Source of the DNA: Sphyrna mokarran
Taxonomy: Eukaryota
Assembly (NCBI GenBank): GCA_024679065.1
Contig: JAGIQG010000013.1
Coordinates: 41,230,001-41,294,000, forward strand
Length of the DNA: 64,000 nt
Direction of reading: 5' to 3'
The notes beneath the pieces were generated by a model, which worked only from the letters and a program-made list of their open reading frames with translations, was not told the DNA's origin and did no database searches. The position numbers and the translations under genes were made by a program. This document shows positions 25,191-39,400 of this stretch, one piece after another. The first letter of the stretch is position 1. Each line of letters starts with the position of its first letter.

Positions 25191-27449
25191 AAAGGAGAAG
25201 GTCAGATAATGATTGATTCAATTTCCCATGGCTACCTGAGACAGAGAGAGAATTGAAGTCATTTCAAATTAGTCCTCATTTTCAAATGGAATAGAATAAA
25301 TGTTCTGTATTGAGACAAGCAATAATTGGTGGTAAGTGGAAAGATAAATTTCAAACAATAATGGAAAAAATTTGTCCATTTGAGGGTTTGTTTTAATCCA
25401 ATTAGAATTCAAAGATTCCCAAAACAGAACTGCAAAACTTCACTTTTTTCTGAGACCACAAAGTTCTCCACATGAAGTAAATTGAAATGATTCCTTTCTC
25501 GAAGCAATGAACAAACATACTGAAACATCATATTTTCAATAACCTGAAGAGCTGTGTAGTAAAAACTATTGTAATATAAGCATGTCCATAGGGAGCTTCT
25601 AAGTAGGCATGTATCAAACCAACCTTGTTATTCAAACCAAGGCATATCTATTGATTTCAAACCCAAGCTGAATCATCTCCTTCATGGCAAAGTGGTACTT
25701 ATTTTAAAGTGCATTCAATGTGAAAATAAAAATATAACTGACCTAGTCCTGACCATGGTTCAGATTGATAACATGATTAAAACAGCCAAGCAAGGTCTGG
25801 TTAGACTTTTGAGTTGTTTTCAAGCTCAACCCTGGCTTTTCTTTCCAATTAGAACATTGCAATATAAAATACCTACTCCAGCACATTATGACAGAACAAA
25901 CACACTTCCTGGCTGCACATACATGCAGTAGGCTTTTAGCAGTAATGTACTGTAGCTATAACCCATGTCTATTTTTATCTAACAGACTCTCCTCCATTTC
26001 CCATATTGATCTGCAAAAGATGGATAATTTCAACACTTATTTCTAGGTCTTGTTATCTTCTCCCAGTCTACTTTCCCTAATTTTGTTCTTTAACATTAAT
26101 GCTGCTTTGCATCTTTGGCCTTTCAGTGTCTCATTCAAATGCCTATTTTCCACTGCACTATAAGTCAACCCTGCATTCATTCATGATAGCTGGAGAATAG
26201 TAGTAGGAGGAGAGCCCTGGCTAATTATATTTATTCCTGAGGAAGTCATGGGAAACTTTAGCACTGTAGTTTAGAAGTGTTAACATGGTTCAGAAACAAA
26301 AACTCTGGTTTGTACATGTAGCATCCATAAATCTTTGAGGTCCAGGACAGTGTAATTGGGGATACCCCAAAGATGTCCTCAGGTAAGATTTGCAAGACAA
26401 GGGCCCAAAATGTGCAAACATTCAATAGGCAATTGCCCTGAACATGAAATCATCTGACAATGCAATTTGAAGTAAAAGCTTTAACAGTTTGGACTGCCTT
26501 ACACCTATAGTTACACAAAGCAAAGTCAGAAGAATTAAGACCATTTCTCATTTCTGGGTAACGATCATACAGACCTATATTGACCACTCACAAGACTAGC
26601 CTGACATCCCTAACTTCATCGGACATCTTCCACTCCCACTACAATACTCGTCCAACACCCTGAACCCTGATGGGATTCCCATGCATGCCCCCCTTACCAG
26701 ATTCTCTCCTTTGCCCTAACAGCCGCCTCCACCCCCCAGGCCGAACCCAATTTCTCTCCTGGCTCTTCTCTCATCAACTGTGATATCCACCCTGTCCCCA
26801 GTGTGTGACTACCCTCCCTCGAGTATCAACATGACTTGTCAATTGGTGACTTGCCCCAAAATTGCCTGACCAGCCCCACTGAGTGGCTGACCAACCCCAT
26901 CACCCAGTGACGGAACCACTCCCATGCTCTATCCATTATCCTGGGATGCACAACTACTCCATACTGAGTGTATGGTGTTGATTGCCACTCTGAGAAAGTT
27001 CAGACCCTATTTCTTTATTGTTAACTTGCTCTATGTTTGATTATGTGGGTCTAGTAGCTGATTTAAGTTCACTATATGTGATTGATTAAGCCTGGATGAA
27101 ATTAAATACTCAAGCAAATGGAAGCTGAGCTGGTATGATGGTATTGACATTTTAAGGCATTGTATAAAATTCTTTAAATAAAGTTCCTCCACATTTAGAA
27201 ACTAGCGTTATCTGTTTTGCTTTGAGGCTGATCAGATGCACAAAGTTACAGCCTTCTCCAAAAACACCATCAAGAAAACCCACAGCAGAGAGATATCATC
27301 AGTAGGACTGCAAAATCCTGCCAGCATGAATGGAGCAAGATTTCAGTGGCTATTTCCATTAGTGGACTAATTCAGAACAAGGGGACATAATCTTAAAATT
27401 AGAGATAATCTTTCATGGAGTGAAATCAGGAAATGCTTGGGCAACTAGG

Positions 27450-27648
27450 GTGGCTTGGTAGCACAGTGCTTAGTACTGCTGTCTCACAGCGCCAAGGACC
27501 CAGTTTCAATTCTAGCTTTGGCTCACTATGTGGAGTTTGCAACTTCTCCAGGGAGACTGTGTGGATTTCCTCCAGGTGCTCTGATTTCCCACACTCCAAA
27601 GATTTGCAGATTAGGTTGATTAATCAGTGCCAAATTGTCCCTTAGTGT
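27450..27648 (+). mobile_element. tRNA-derived SINE, 3'-truncated
   Basis: A-box-like tagcacagtgc, head gtctcacagcgccaaggaccc and the shared central block. A CR1 fragment is adjacent at 27350-27440. Confidence 0.8.
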
Positions 27649-29320
27649 AGCAGCATGCTTTATGACCAGACATCCCCAACATGAAAACATGTTTTCACAA
27701 AACAGCCCAAATGACACACGATGAAGGCTGAAATCGTCCTGTTCAGAATGCATCCAAGCTAGGAACATCTAATAAGAGAAATAATTTAACTGCAGGAATC
27801 CCAGTTACTACCTGAAGGACTTGACCTGATGACAGCCATTATGGCCCCAAATTCATACCAAGAGTTAAAACTGATTTTGCAGAAATTATGGGCAGCAGTC
27901 TAAATTAGCCGTGATCCAAAGGCACAAATGCTAAAGAATTGCCAAGAAGAGGCAGCCAGTGTAATCATATTGCAGAAAACCCTGTTCCAATATGCAAATT
28001 CTCTTGTCTCATTAACTTTAATTTCTTGTCCTGGAATTAGAGTTCCTTGATCATCATTCAGAGGCACTGGCAGTGTTAGTCAATCTACCAAAAGTTTCTG
28101 TATATTTGGATGCTGTTGCAAAAGGAAGGAAAATCAAAGTGATAGTCATAAGGTTAAGTGTTCAAGGCAGCTTTCCTTCACTAAACAATTGTGTAAATTT
28201 CTGGATTCAAGTGGGATTGGAAAGCTTTTAGATAAAAACTCTTTGTTTGGAAAATAATGCCTAGCACAAAGGGGATCAAACATCAATAAAATACATATTG
28301 AAGGAAAACAAAAGGTATTGTACAAATGGGCAAAGGTTCCATTTTTTTAAACAACTTTGCAAGTCCTTACCTCTCATTTATTCCCTTCTTTTCTTCTTGT
28401 TGGGTGGCTTAATTTCACACATTGGGAATGATCTCACCAAAAAATTTCCAAGTCATAAAAAAAGGGAGAAATTTATGCTTTTTTTTGGGCAACTTAAAAA
28501 TTGAATCATACCTAACTTTGTCAAAACAATTTTGCCAAACTTGAATCCACTGGCAGAGGAAATGGTGGGACCTAAACCATCTAAAGGCTAGCTGATAGTA
28601 GACGAAGGCGCAATTGCGAATGTGCAGTTTTCTCTGCTCAGAACAGAAACCTGTCACTGCCTCACCAGCTAGAATCAGCCTTCATGGCTAATCACTATCA
28701 CCCGTGGGGCTTTCCAGTTGATCGCCATACAACCCACACCTACCTCCCCTGGCCCAGGCCAACTGATGGAGACCACATGTGATGCTATTTTAAACAGCAT
28801 TTAAATATTATAATCAGCCTCTCATAGCTGAGCATGTCAGGTATCTTGTGCTGGTAAGATCGTTAAGAGGTGAAAGAACCCGATTTCTCAACTCTCGTTA
28901 TTTTATCAGCTTGCCCCACCGTTGGGACAAGAGGGTCAGATCATCCCCATTGTGTCATATTTGTGGACCATTTGAAGTGCAGGTAGAGGTGATGGCATCA
29001 ATGTTACTCAGCAATCAGAAAGAAGGAGAAATTAGGCAAAAATACAAATGTATTATCTAGCCTCACAAGCGAAATAAATCAAGTTTAATTGTGGTTGGCA
29101 GAGTCAAAGAGGGAACAGCCTGGTGTCACTCCCAGATCTAATTATCAGACAAGGTCTTAACTTGCACTCTTGCATACTTATTAGCATCTTAAAATATCTC
29201 TACTATTTCTTAAGTGAACGATTAATTGGATAATAATTCATGGCAGTCATTTTAATTATCAGACACGCATATTTTTAAATTACTGATTTCAATACAAAAT
29301 ACATCAACATAAAGACATGA

Positions 29321-30252
29321 AGTGGGATTTTATTACACCCGCTTGCTACCAGGATCATCCAGTCTTGCCAGAAAAGTCAATGGATTTTTGGCTGGCCCAG
29401 TGCAAAAATGGTTGCAGTTGTGGGCAAGTGTTTCCTGCAGGTACACAATTAAGGATAATGTGAACTGGATGTCAATTGGATCACATGTTAACGGCACCTA
29501 GCATGTGTGGCCATTGTGCTTGAGCAGGGAGGGATATTGATGAGGAGTGCCGGGGTGGATGGGAGGGATGCCATTTGAAAATGCTGGTGAGAGGTTGAGT
29601 GCTGGGTCCCTGTGAGGCAGTGATATGTGGGATCAAGATAATATTCCAAGAGGTGATAGAAGGGTGAAGTGCAAACAGACTCTGGTTGATCAGAATAGTA
29701 AGAAGTCTGACAACTTAAAACCTGGTGTTGTCAGACTTCTTACTGTGTTTACCCCAGTCCAACGCTGGCATCTCTACATCATGATCAGAATAGGTCATTC
29801 AATTTTTTTCTACATTGCACATCCATCCTCTTGATCAGGCTGCTGGCACTGACCAGTGTTGCCACTATATCCCATGCAGGATTTATCACCTTGCTGCAGA
29901 GTCTCCTGCCAGACTGAGAGTACCCACCTCTCCTCCACGGCATCCAGCAAATGGCTGAGGGCCCCCTCCATTAACCTAGGAGCTGGTTTCCTTGCTGCTA
30001 TCCTCCTGACTTGAAATGAGAGCAAGTGTTCCGGGGCTATTTGAATGCAGTGCCCCCTTCATTGAATTGCTTAGATGACCCTTGGGGCAGGCAAATCAGG
30101 TACTTTGTGCCTCAGGTGTGGTGATTTTCATGTGGAGAAAAAATTTCAAGTGCTTGAAAATTGCAATCCAGATCACGCTGCCAGAACTGGCAGGAATCAC
30201 ACCCAATTTTCTTGCCGAAAATGACACTACAATTTTTTCAGAAAATTCTATC
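29321..30252 (-). mobile_element. PIF/Harbinger relic with a Myb/SANT DNA-binding ORF
   Basis: Minus strand gives AARKPAPRLMEGALSHLLDAVEER, then after a frameshift PAWDIVATLVSASSLIKRMDVQCRKKLNDL (29785-30005). This is the Myb/SANT trihelix pattern of Harbinger ORF2. Ends are TIR-like (gtgggatttt / aaaattctat). Confidence 0.75.
29697..29781. mobile_element. Minimal Penelope-like fold-back insertion
   Basis: Perfect 18-bp inverted arms at 29697-29714 and 29727-29744, and a 37-nt tail at 29745-29781. Perfect 12-bp direct repeat tgatcagaatag at 29687-29698 and 29782-29793. Confidence 0.8.
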
Positions 30253-30419
30253 ATGCAGCTCAGAAATAAAGCAATTGGTTGGCTTTCATGCTCCACATTT
30301 GCCCCTTCTTCATCATCCATCCATCGCTATCTATGTATCTATTTCTTTCTCCCTGAAGCTTATACTTAGAATGTCATTTATACAATTTGTTTATTACTAT
30401 TTGTGGTAAAATGTTTCAC

Positions 30420-31335
30420 ACTTTAACTAATCCATAGAGGGGAAGCTACTTTCTCTACATATACATAATCAAATTATTTCACAATCTCAAGGACCCCAAT
30501 CAATCTTCTCTTTTCCAGAAAAAAGAGCCTTAGCCTGTTCAATGTATCTTGATAAGTACACGTTTGTTCACTTTTAATATTATCCTTGTGAATCTTCTTA
30601 GCTCATTCTCAAATATCTCCATACAATTTTTATAGGGACCAAAACTGCTTAAAGCACTCCAAGTGTAGTCTAACCAAAATTCCATAAAATTTAACATACC
30701 CCTCCTGCTTTTCCATTATCCTTTCAAAATGTACCGAAGTGCTTGTCTTAACTTTCTGTATGGTTTTATAACCCATACAGCTAATTTTAATGATTTATAT
30801 ATCCAAACTTCTAGAACCTGTTTCCTGTTTACCTCCTTTTGATTCTTATTATCCAATCAGAATGTGGCCACTTTATTCTTCCAATAAAATTGCACCACCT
30901 CATGCCCAGCTATATTGAAATTAATTTGACAATTGCATGTCCATTTTGAAAGTTTGCTTCTGTTTTCTTGTATTTTGTTCTATTCAACCTGACTGCTAAC
31001 TCCATGTACCTCTCCAATTGATCCAAATTGTAAACAATATTGGTTCCAGCAGCAATCTCTGTGGAACATCAATCCTCACTTTTGCCAATGTGGGTAGCTA
31101 CCCTTATCATGCACTCATTCTCCATTTTTTGTTCATTAGATAGCTTGTTATCCATTTGGCGAATTGTCCCAACTCCACATGCCCTGACCTTACCCTCTAA
31201 TATGATGCATTACTGAAGGCTTTTTGAAAATACAAATATATCATATCTACTGCATTGTTTACGCTGTTCTTCAAAGTACTGAATTAGTTTGGTCAAATAT
31301 AACCTGCCTTTTTGAAAATCTGTGCTGACTATTCC
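30420..31335 (-). mobile_element. Old CR1 LINE ORF2 fragment
   Basis: Minus strand has a DFQKAF-like tattttcaaaaagccttc, a GVPQ-like gatgttccacagagattgctgctgg and ttggttagactacacttggagtgc...cagttttggtccc (LVRPHLEYCVQFWSP). Confidence 0.75.
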
Positions 31336-34300
31336 TTCTGACCCTTCGCTGGAAATTCCACAAGGTTTTATTTCAGCTCTGCTCTGGGAAAATTTGATCC
31401 CTATAATTAAAAAGAGTCACTTTATATTGTCCATTTTCATCCACTCAAATGATGGAATCAACTATTATAATTGTTAAGCTGTGCAAAAGAAGTGTGGGTA
31501 CAATTAGGTAGCCCAAAGATACATAGTTCGTATTGCTCAAGGCACTGAAACAGAACGCTGTCGAAGATCAGACCAGAACACCTATATAAAAATATCAGAA
31601 AGTCAGATTTTTAAAAATCTGAAGGAACAATTCCAAAACTGGAACCTCCTGACCCTGCCATGGTGGGACTTCCATGGGGGATGCAACAGGTCAGCCAAAA
31701 GTCCATTGATTGAAGATCCTGATAGCAGGTAGGACCAGAAAATCCTGGCCGTAGACTCTAGAAGGTATATTTATTATTTATTTATTTGTTATAAGCAAAA
31801 TACAAGTTTATTTTAATTTGATTGTATTTTTGCTTCTGGAGCAATCAATTCCTTACAATTAATTTAAATTCTCATTCTGGTTTTCAAATCCATCCATAGT
31901 CTCATCTCTGTGATTTGACTGTTTTGTATTGGGACGGTCTTTAAAAATATGGTGGTCTGACCTTCAAAAAGCTAAATTTGTAGGCTGGGAAAGTTCCACT
32001 CATATAGAATGACTGAGGTCAGAACATAATTATGCCCATGAGCCTTGCTGTGATATTCTCCTGGCTGCATAGGAAAAAGTGAATAATTTGCCTGGCTTCA
32101 CACAATGCAGAACAGTAGCTGAATGACAATAAATCAATGTGACAAGAGCTTATGGGGTACTTCAACTGAATTAAATGGAATTGTAAAATTTGGCAAGTAG
32201 AAAGTAATTGAAGGCAAACCAGGTCGAACCATACCATGACACAAAGTACTGGAATGTCAATACATTGCCAGCAACACACTCAACTCAGATATAAGGCCAT
32301 GAAAATACAAACAGACACAGAAAATCCGGTGAATTCTGATGAACAAATATCTCCCTAATGAGGTTCAAATGGGTTTTGAATTCTGCATTTTCTGAAACCA
32401 AGTCATTAAAATGCCATCAAAGCACAATTCACTTATAGATACAAAACTGTGATCTGACCTAGTTAGTTCAACCTTAAGCATTCCCACAGGATTCACAATT
32501 CATAAACAAACTCTGGATGGTACATTTTCATATTGCATGCTTGATTTAAGTCTCTTCTGCTTTCAAATAAGTATTGATTATTTTCAATTAACCATTTCTA
32601 TCAAGGAATTTTTTCTGTTCAATTCAGTGATAAGAATAAATCCAGTGTACACCCAAAGAGCCATTTGGTCAAGGTGCCACACAACAGGCATCTAAGAACT
32701 GGGAAAATTGCAATGGAAACCGTACGCATCTTGAGTTCATTTATAAAAAAATTGATAGTTAAGGTGTCAACACTAAACGTCAGCATCATTATGCTGTTGA
32801 AATAATTCAAAAATCATTAATTACATTGATCAAGGCATTGAAACAGAACTCTGTAAAAGATAGGTCTATAGGTCTTATGCAGAAATATCAAAAGGATCTG
32901 GTTTAAACAATCCAAAGGACCAATTCCAAGGCTGGAATATTCTGATCCTGCCATGGTGGGATCTGTGTGGGTGATGCAACAAGCCAGACAAAAGTCCATT
33001 AACTTCTTGCAGGACCCGAAGATCCTGATAGCAGATGAGACCAGACCTCCCCATCCTGAGTTCTTATGATTAGTCACTCTAAATGATGGAGTGGAACTCA
33101 TCAATTCAAGTTAAAAGATTGGACTTTATGGATTCAATACATCAATATACAGATTCAAAATGGAGGCATACAGACAGCTGTCTGGTAAGCAAGCATTGAC
33201 TTGCCTAACCCAGTGCTGATGGTAATAAAAAACGAGTAGAACATTCACAAGGAATGTAGGTTAGCAACGTTTTGCAAAAGAGGCCACAAGTCTATATGGG
33301 TGCAATCTCTAAACCTTTGCAAGTCTTGCTGCATCAGGAAGATTACACAACCCTCCTATGCTACAACATGTTTCTTGGGAACAAGGCAAAAATGCTTGGC
33401 TAAGCACACAAATTGGTAGTCACTTATTTTGTATACTAACACAGTGCCAATTCACAGTAACGTCATCAATCTTTCTTTGAATGATTCAGATACACAGAAA
33501 TTAGTGGTAAATATCAATGTCACACTCAATTATGCAGCCTGACCCACCTTCAGTTTATCCATTACAGCTGAGGAAAATGAACGATTGCAGCACAACAGTG
33601 GTCACAAGAACTTACTAAAGTAACAACAAAAAGGCAAATGAACTCCTTTCAATTATGCATGCCCATTTTATATGAGCAAGTAGATTAGTGTTAGGCAAAG
33701 AACATTTGAAGGGGAACCGGGATTTCGGTAGTTCTCTCATCCTGTCAATATTCAAATAAGGCAAAAGCAGAAGTGTGTGGATGCTGAAGAGCTGAAATAA
33801 AAACACAAAATGCTGGAAACACACACCAGTCACACAGCATCTGTGATAAGAAAAACAGAATTAGTACTTAGGTTTGTAACCTTTATCATAATGAGAAAAA
33901 TTAGGAAGGTACAGGTATGGGAAATGTAATCTTTCAGTTTAACGTGCTATTATTTAATCTCTCCTACCTTCCACCCAGTCACATTTCTTCCCTTTTGAAT
34001 TTCCTCCCATCCTTTCACTTGCTCATAAGCTTCTCTGTTCTGATGGGAGATCACACACCTGAAACACTGGGTGCATTTCTCGATACTGGGAAAACCCACG
34101 TTAAGTGATTGAAGATTGAGGCAGGGAGACTCAATTTAAATTTCCAGATGATTCCTGCCAGCCACCATTTTGACTGATGTGGGAAACAGCCAGGTTGTGA
34201 TCTGACACATCAGCATGGTGTTGGTTTCAGCATTTTAAATGCCTGCCTCAATTTGGAATTTTCCTGAGTTGGAGATTTTCAATGAAGCAGGGAGATTCCC

Positions 34301-36177
34301 AAAGATTGAGACGCACATCGGGTTAGTCAGTTTGTGAACCTGGTGGGAAGCCTATTGTGGAGTCAGGAAGCTTTTAACAGTCAAGTTTAAAAGTTGTCAA
34401 CTTTGACTGTCATAATTATATTTTAAATGATGAGTATGTTTTTAATGTAGTGACAGATTAGGGGTTGCTCTCCTTAAAAGGTAAGTAGCCATTATATTGA
34501 GCTGCATTATATAAGTTTTGGAGTAATTTTTCAGTTTTATAAAGTGCCCTTCTGCATTCAACTGTATTGAAAATTAAATATTAATATATCATTTAGAACC
34601 CTATGCTTTGACTTTTACATGAAGACTAAATTTGAGATACCTGAATAGATATCTGACTTTTGTTGAAAATCTCTATTGCGCTTTCAAAAAAAGATTGAAC
34701 ATGTGGCCATTTCTTCAGGCAACTTCAAAATTCCATTATATTAAGCTCTGGAGGGTTTGTTTCTACAGTTGTGCAATTGAATCTCATTATGAGCTTTCAA
34801 CCATACTAATGAATTTAGCTCAGCAAGGATAATTTATATAACTAGGAGGGAACATGAGCTTTGTATAATAGAATGTTTTTGAATGTTTAGGATGACTGAA
34901 ATGTTTTGAAGTCATTTTTAAATAGCTGTTTATTGATGTTGATAGATTTATGAGCTATCAAAAGGGTGAGGTAGTCCTGACTAATTGTTTGATTCATGGT
35001 TTTATGAACTCTTAAGATAAGCAACATTTTTGAATGTGGTTTGGGGGACAATTATTTCTTTAATTAGCATTTTAAAAACTTCCTGGTGTTATGGTAAGGT
35101 TGTTGAGTCTTGTTTACAAAAACTTCTGGATAACTGGGTCTGGAAAATGCATGGGAAGCCTTGAGGAGGTCTTGGAAAGCATGAAAAAATTGAAGGGGAG
35201 GGGACATGTACAGTATTGGAAAGACAGCTTAACAGTAAAAACAACAAAACTGGCCTGTTGTGCTAATGAATAGAGGCATGTCCTCAAAATACCATCCACA
35301 ACATTTTTCATTCTAAATGCGGTTCAGCTTCAGGTGGAGGTGGCCCCAAATTCCAGCTTGTCCCAAGTGGGGAAATAACTTGTGCATGCAGGTTCATTCA
35401 GAACTTGGGAATAGTACTTTGTGAGTTGGCCAACTCACAGTTTGAGAGACTGTCATGAAAGACCAACTTATCTCTCTCTCCACAGATGCTGCTCATTTTT
35501 CCCAACATTTTCTTTATGCACATTCAAAGGAAGCTTTGGTGTCTTTTGGGTAGCAGTTTCTTACAGCCATCAGCTACCCCACTAAGAATGCACATAATGT
35601 GTTCAATGGAAATGAATGACCATCTATATTTATGTAAAAAATTAAATTTTTGAAACAATCACTCTGTGAATCACCTAACAGTTTGTCCCAATTGCCTCGT
35701 TGTATAACATCACAGGAATCTTTCTCATCACCATCAGCAGCAATTCCAGTAACTTTCAACAGCATCATTGCAAAAGTAGTTATTCCAATCGGTGGAAAAA
35801 CCCACTGTTAATCTACCACTTATCTGTCCACACATCCATCCTTTCTCATTGCCCTGCCCAACATTCCTCTCACCTGGGAGATCAATCTAATGCTGATTTC
35901 CTCCTCAATGTCCTCCATTCAGTGCTACTCTTGCTGGTGCTGCCAGTTCTAAGAATCAGCTTCTGATTAGCCAGCTGTTCCAAGAAGTGGGGCTTCTTGG
36001 AAGAGATGTGGAAGATTTGCCCCTTAATAATTAAGCACCCAAAGGCTGTAAAATGTGAAGTGGAGCATAACAGCTGAGCAGAGGCTCCTAATGGTTTGCT
36101 GGGGTGTGGAGAAATTCCCTTCAGTGTAATAATGCAGCCCAACATTGCCAGTGAGGAGGTTTATATATTTCTGCCCT

Positions 36178-36465
36178 TAAATGGTGGTACAATGGTTAAC
36201 ACTGCTGCCTTATAGCACGAGGGACCTGGGTTCGATTTCCAGCTTGGATCAGTCTGTATGGAGTTTGCACATCCTCCCTGTGACTGTGGGTTTCCTCTGG
36301 ATGCCCCAGTTTCCTCCCAAAGATGTGTAGGTTAGGTGCATTGGCCTTGTTAAATCCTCACTTAGTGTACGCAAACAGGTGCCAGAGTGTGGCAACTAGG
36401 GATTTTCATAGTAACTTTATTACAGTGTGAACGTAAGCCTACTTGTGACTGGTAAATAAATATTA
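36178..36465 (+). mobile_element. tRNA-derived SINE (alternative-tail subfamily)
   Basis: A-box-like tggtacaatgg and B-box ggttcgattt. Tail agtgtacgcaaacaggtgccagagtgtggcaactagg...gcctacttgtgactggtaaataaa. Confidence 0.85.
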
Positions 36466-39400
36466 TTCACTTTCCAATACACATTCCACTGTTCCACATT
36501 TTCTGGATGCTATCCTTGTTCATACACATATCCAAGGGCTGGACAACACTTGAGTGCTGGAAATAATTATCATGTCACTGTTGATCCCAAATCACTGACT
36601 ACATCTTCAACAAGCATGGGTTTGAACATTTCCTAGATGAGCAAACCACTTGCTCAGTCATAATCCTTCTGGTCTCAAATTCTAAACTTCATTTGATCCA
36701 TTTCTTGCATTCACCTTCATCCGAGTTTCTCTTATGAATACGGATGACAACACTTGATGGGGTGAATTTTGTGGGTAAATATCACCATCAGCTTTAATTC
36801 TCTGCCAACTGCCATACTGGATGAAACTCTTCACGGGGACAATTTTTTTTCCACCAATCTTTGTAATCTTTGTTTACTGATAAGTCAAAGTTCATCAGTG
36901 TTTCATCCATATTTCCAATGCAGGCCAATCAATATGCGTTCTTACTTAACATCAGATGACAAAACTATGGAATATCTCTTTCCAGTCATTTATTATTTTC
37001 TTGGAAGCATTAAATTCTCTTGCTGTTACACAATTATTACTTTTCTCAGTGAGTGTTACAAACCTTCATTTTAAATTGGAACAGCTTGTTTGCTATTATC
37101 TCTCAGAGGTATTGTGATTAATCATGTGAGGACTGGGATACTGCCACTAGAATTGGTAGAGAGAAAACCTAAAGATTCCCACATGCACTTCAAATTAATG
37201 GACTAATCATAATCAGTGATAATTAATGAATAATCATAATGCTCTATGATCCCTGGAAAAACTTGGGTCAACTTTAATGTATGTAAAAAATATATCAGTT
37301 CATGGGGTTGAGTTTTGCATCAATATACACAATAATTATTGCAAGTCTCTACCCTTCTCCAATGTGCGTGTACCCTCCTTGAAAAGCTGAAAATTCGATG
37401 CAACAACTCTGAGAAACTAGGCTTAAACATCAACACAGGATACTTGATTGTGAGACATATCACAGCTAAAACCAGTCTTGGCCTCATCCAAATGTTTATA
37501 CATGTTGACTTCTGGCTACAGTCCATCAGGAATAAGCATCAGGAATGAGGAACATTGTTTGATTTTGCCTTCAATAGTCCATGAGCACTGAAACTAATAG
37601 TAGTGGTTCAACTTGACATATAAACTAACTCAGCATAGATAAGGAATTGAAGTTGGGCATTTCTGATCTGTGTGACTCTATATCATATCAAGTGGTGCAT
37701 TTCACAGCTGATGTGTGAAAGCACCATAATAAACACATTGAAAAAATGCCATGATTGGAGAAATATCTGCTAATACAGATGCCAAAGAAGGAATTGGATA
37801 ATCTTTCTACAGCATTTTTGCTAGCTCCCCTGTAAAATCGCTGCAAATGCATCCCTATGCTTCTCAGGTACTTCCAAAATCCTGTGTATGAAACTTAATG
37901 AGCTCTCCATTAGTGTATAAACAATGATTACTACACAGCTTCAATTCTGTTACAACTGCTAACCACTTACAATTCAAAGCATCACACAGACCTACGTAAA
38001 AATTACAGGAGCTCATATGTTCACCTGCACACTGGGATTGCCTGATAGAAGACAAAAGGGACAATTAAATTTATGCATATTTATATGTAATTGAATGCCA
38101 GATAAAGTGTAAAAATGGTTAGGAACTCAATCCAAGTTAAAGATGCAACTCTTAAAAATCAGCATTCAGAGATACTTTTAATTCTAAAAATATTAAAATG
38201 CATAATTTCATTTCAGGTATGAAAGTACACATACAGGGATATGATTTCTTCTGTGCATGGGGCTATAATCTACTGCCAAAATAACTTGGAGGCAAACTGC
38301 AATTATCAATATTTATGTGCAAGTGGTTTAGCAACTTTAAGTGAAGAGCAGATGTGTGATTAAGCTGAAGTATCCAAACATTGCTGTGTCAATCTGCTGT
38401 TAACTTTGCATAATAGTGTTTTGTCCATAGTATTTATTTAATATAATATGGATTGTGTACTTAATATCATTTAAATTGCTTAGTTTATTTTAATGGTTGA
38501 GATGCAATAATTTATCAAAAATTCATATGAAATTGAAATGATACGCAATCTATCCAAGACTCATGTAAAGGGAGTGATGAAACACATTGCTCGATATTTG
38601 TATTCAATGTTTTGAAAATAAAAATGGAATTTGAGATATTGCCAAAAAGGTGATTTGAGGAAAAGTCAAAAACACAAGTGATGAAAATAATGAAAAGGGT
38701 TGGTGCTCTTTATTTTTTCAGGTTCTTTTCTAGAATGAGGGGAAAAGTAAAATTTTAGGTTAGAATGGAAAAAAACAAACTGTTGGACATATTATTTATT
38801 AGGAGCGCGGTTGATAATGGGGCAACTTTAGACAGGATCTGTAGCCTAGCGATAAGAAAAGAATGAACATTAGAGATTCAGCAGAAACAAAAACTAACAT
38901 TTCCTCAGTGAATGAGACTAAATAACATTTTCAACATGGTGCCTGCCAGACAGTCATACTGACTGACCAGCTGATAAATTTTGGGGCAGGAAATCAACTG
39001 AGAATGTTTTTAAAAAGTCTTGCAATTTTCAGCAGCTCTTTTATGGCAGCAGTTACCAAGCAAGCCGGAGATCACGGGGATTGAGGATGCTGGCCTTTGT
39101 CTGTTAGCAGGGTGTGTAAAGGAGTGAGCTCACCAGACCTGAGGAAACACTGTCGACCCTTGAATCCAATCCTTTCCATCTCTTTCTACTTGTAGGAAAA
39201 TAAAGCCTCCGTGAGTTTAAAAATAAAAAAAATGTTCAACATACAGATGCTTCGAAGATTTTGCTGATTGATGTGCTTCAGGTAAAACTGGAAGTAGGTG
39301 GTGTTGTGTCAGTTTTGCCATTTTCACTTCTTTCTGACAATCTTGAAGGTTAAAAGCTCTGCCCTTCTCTCCCAACCATGCATATCCACTCATTGCTGTG

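Noticed and set aside
26590-26960. C-rich, loosely periodic stretch
   Set aside because: I could not define a repeat unit. It is probably the low-complexity interior of a decayed DNA transposon.
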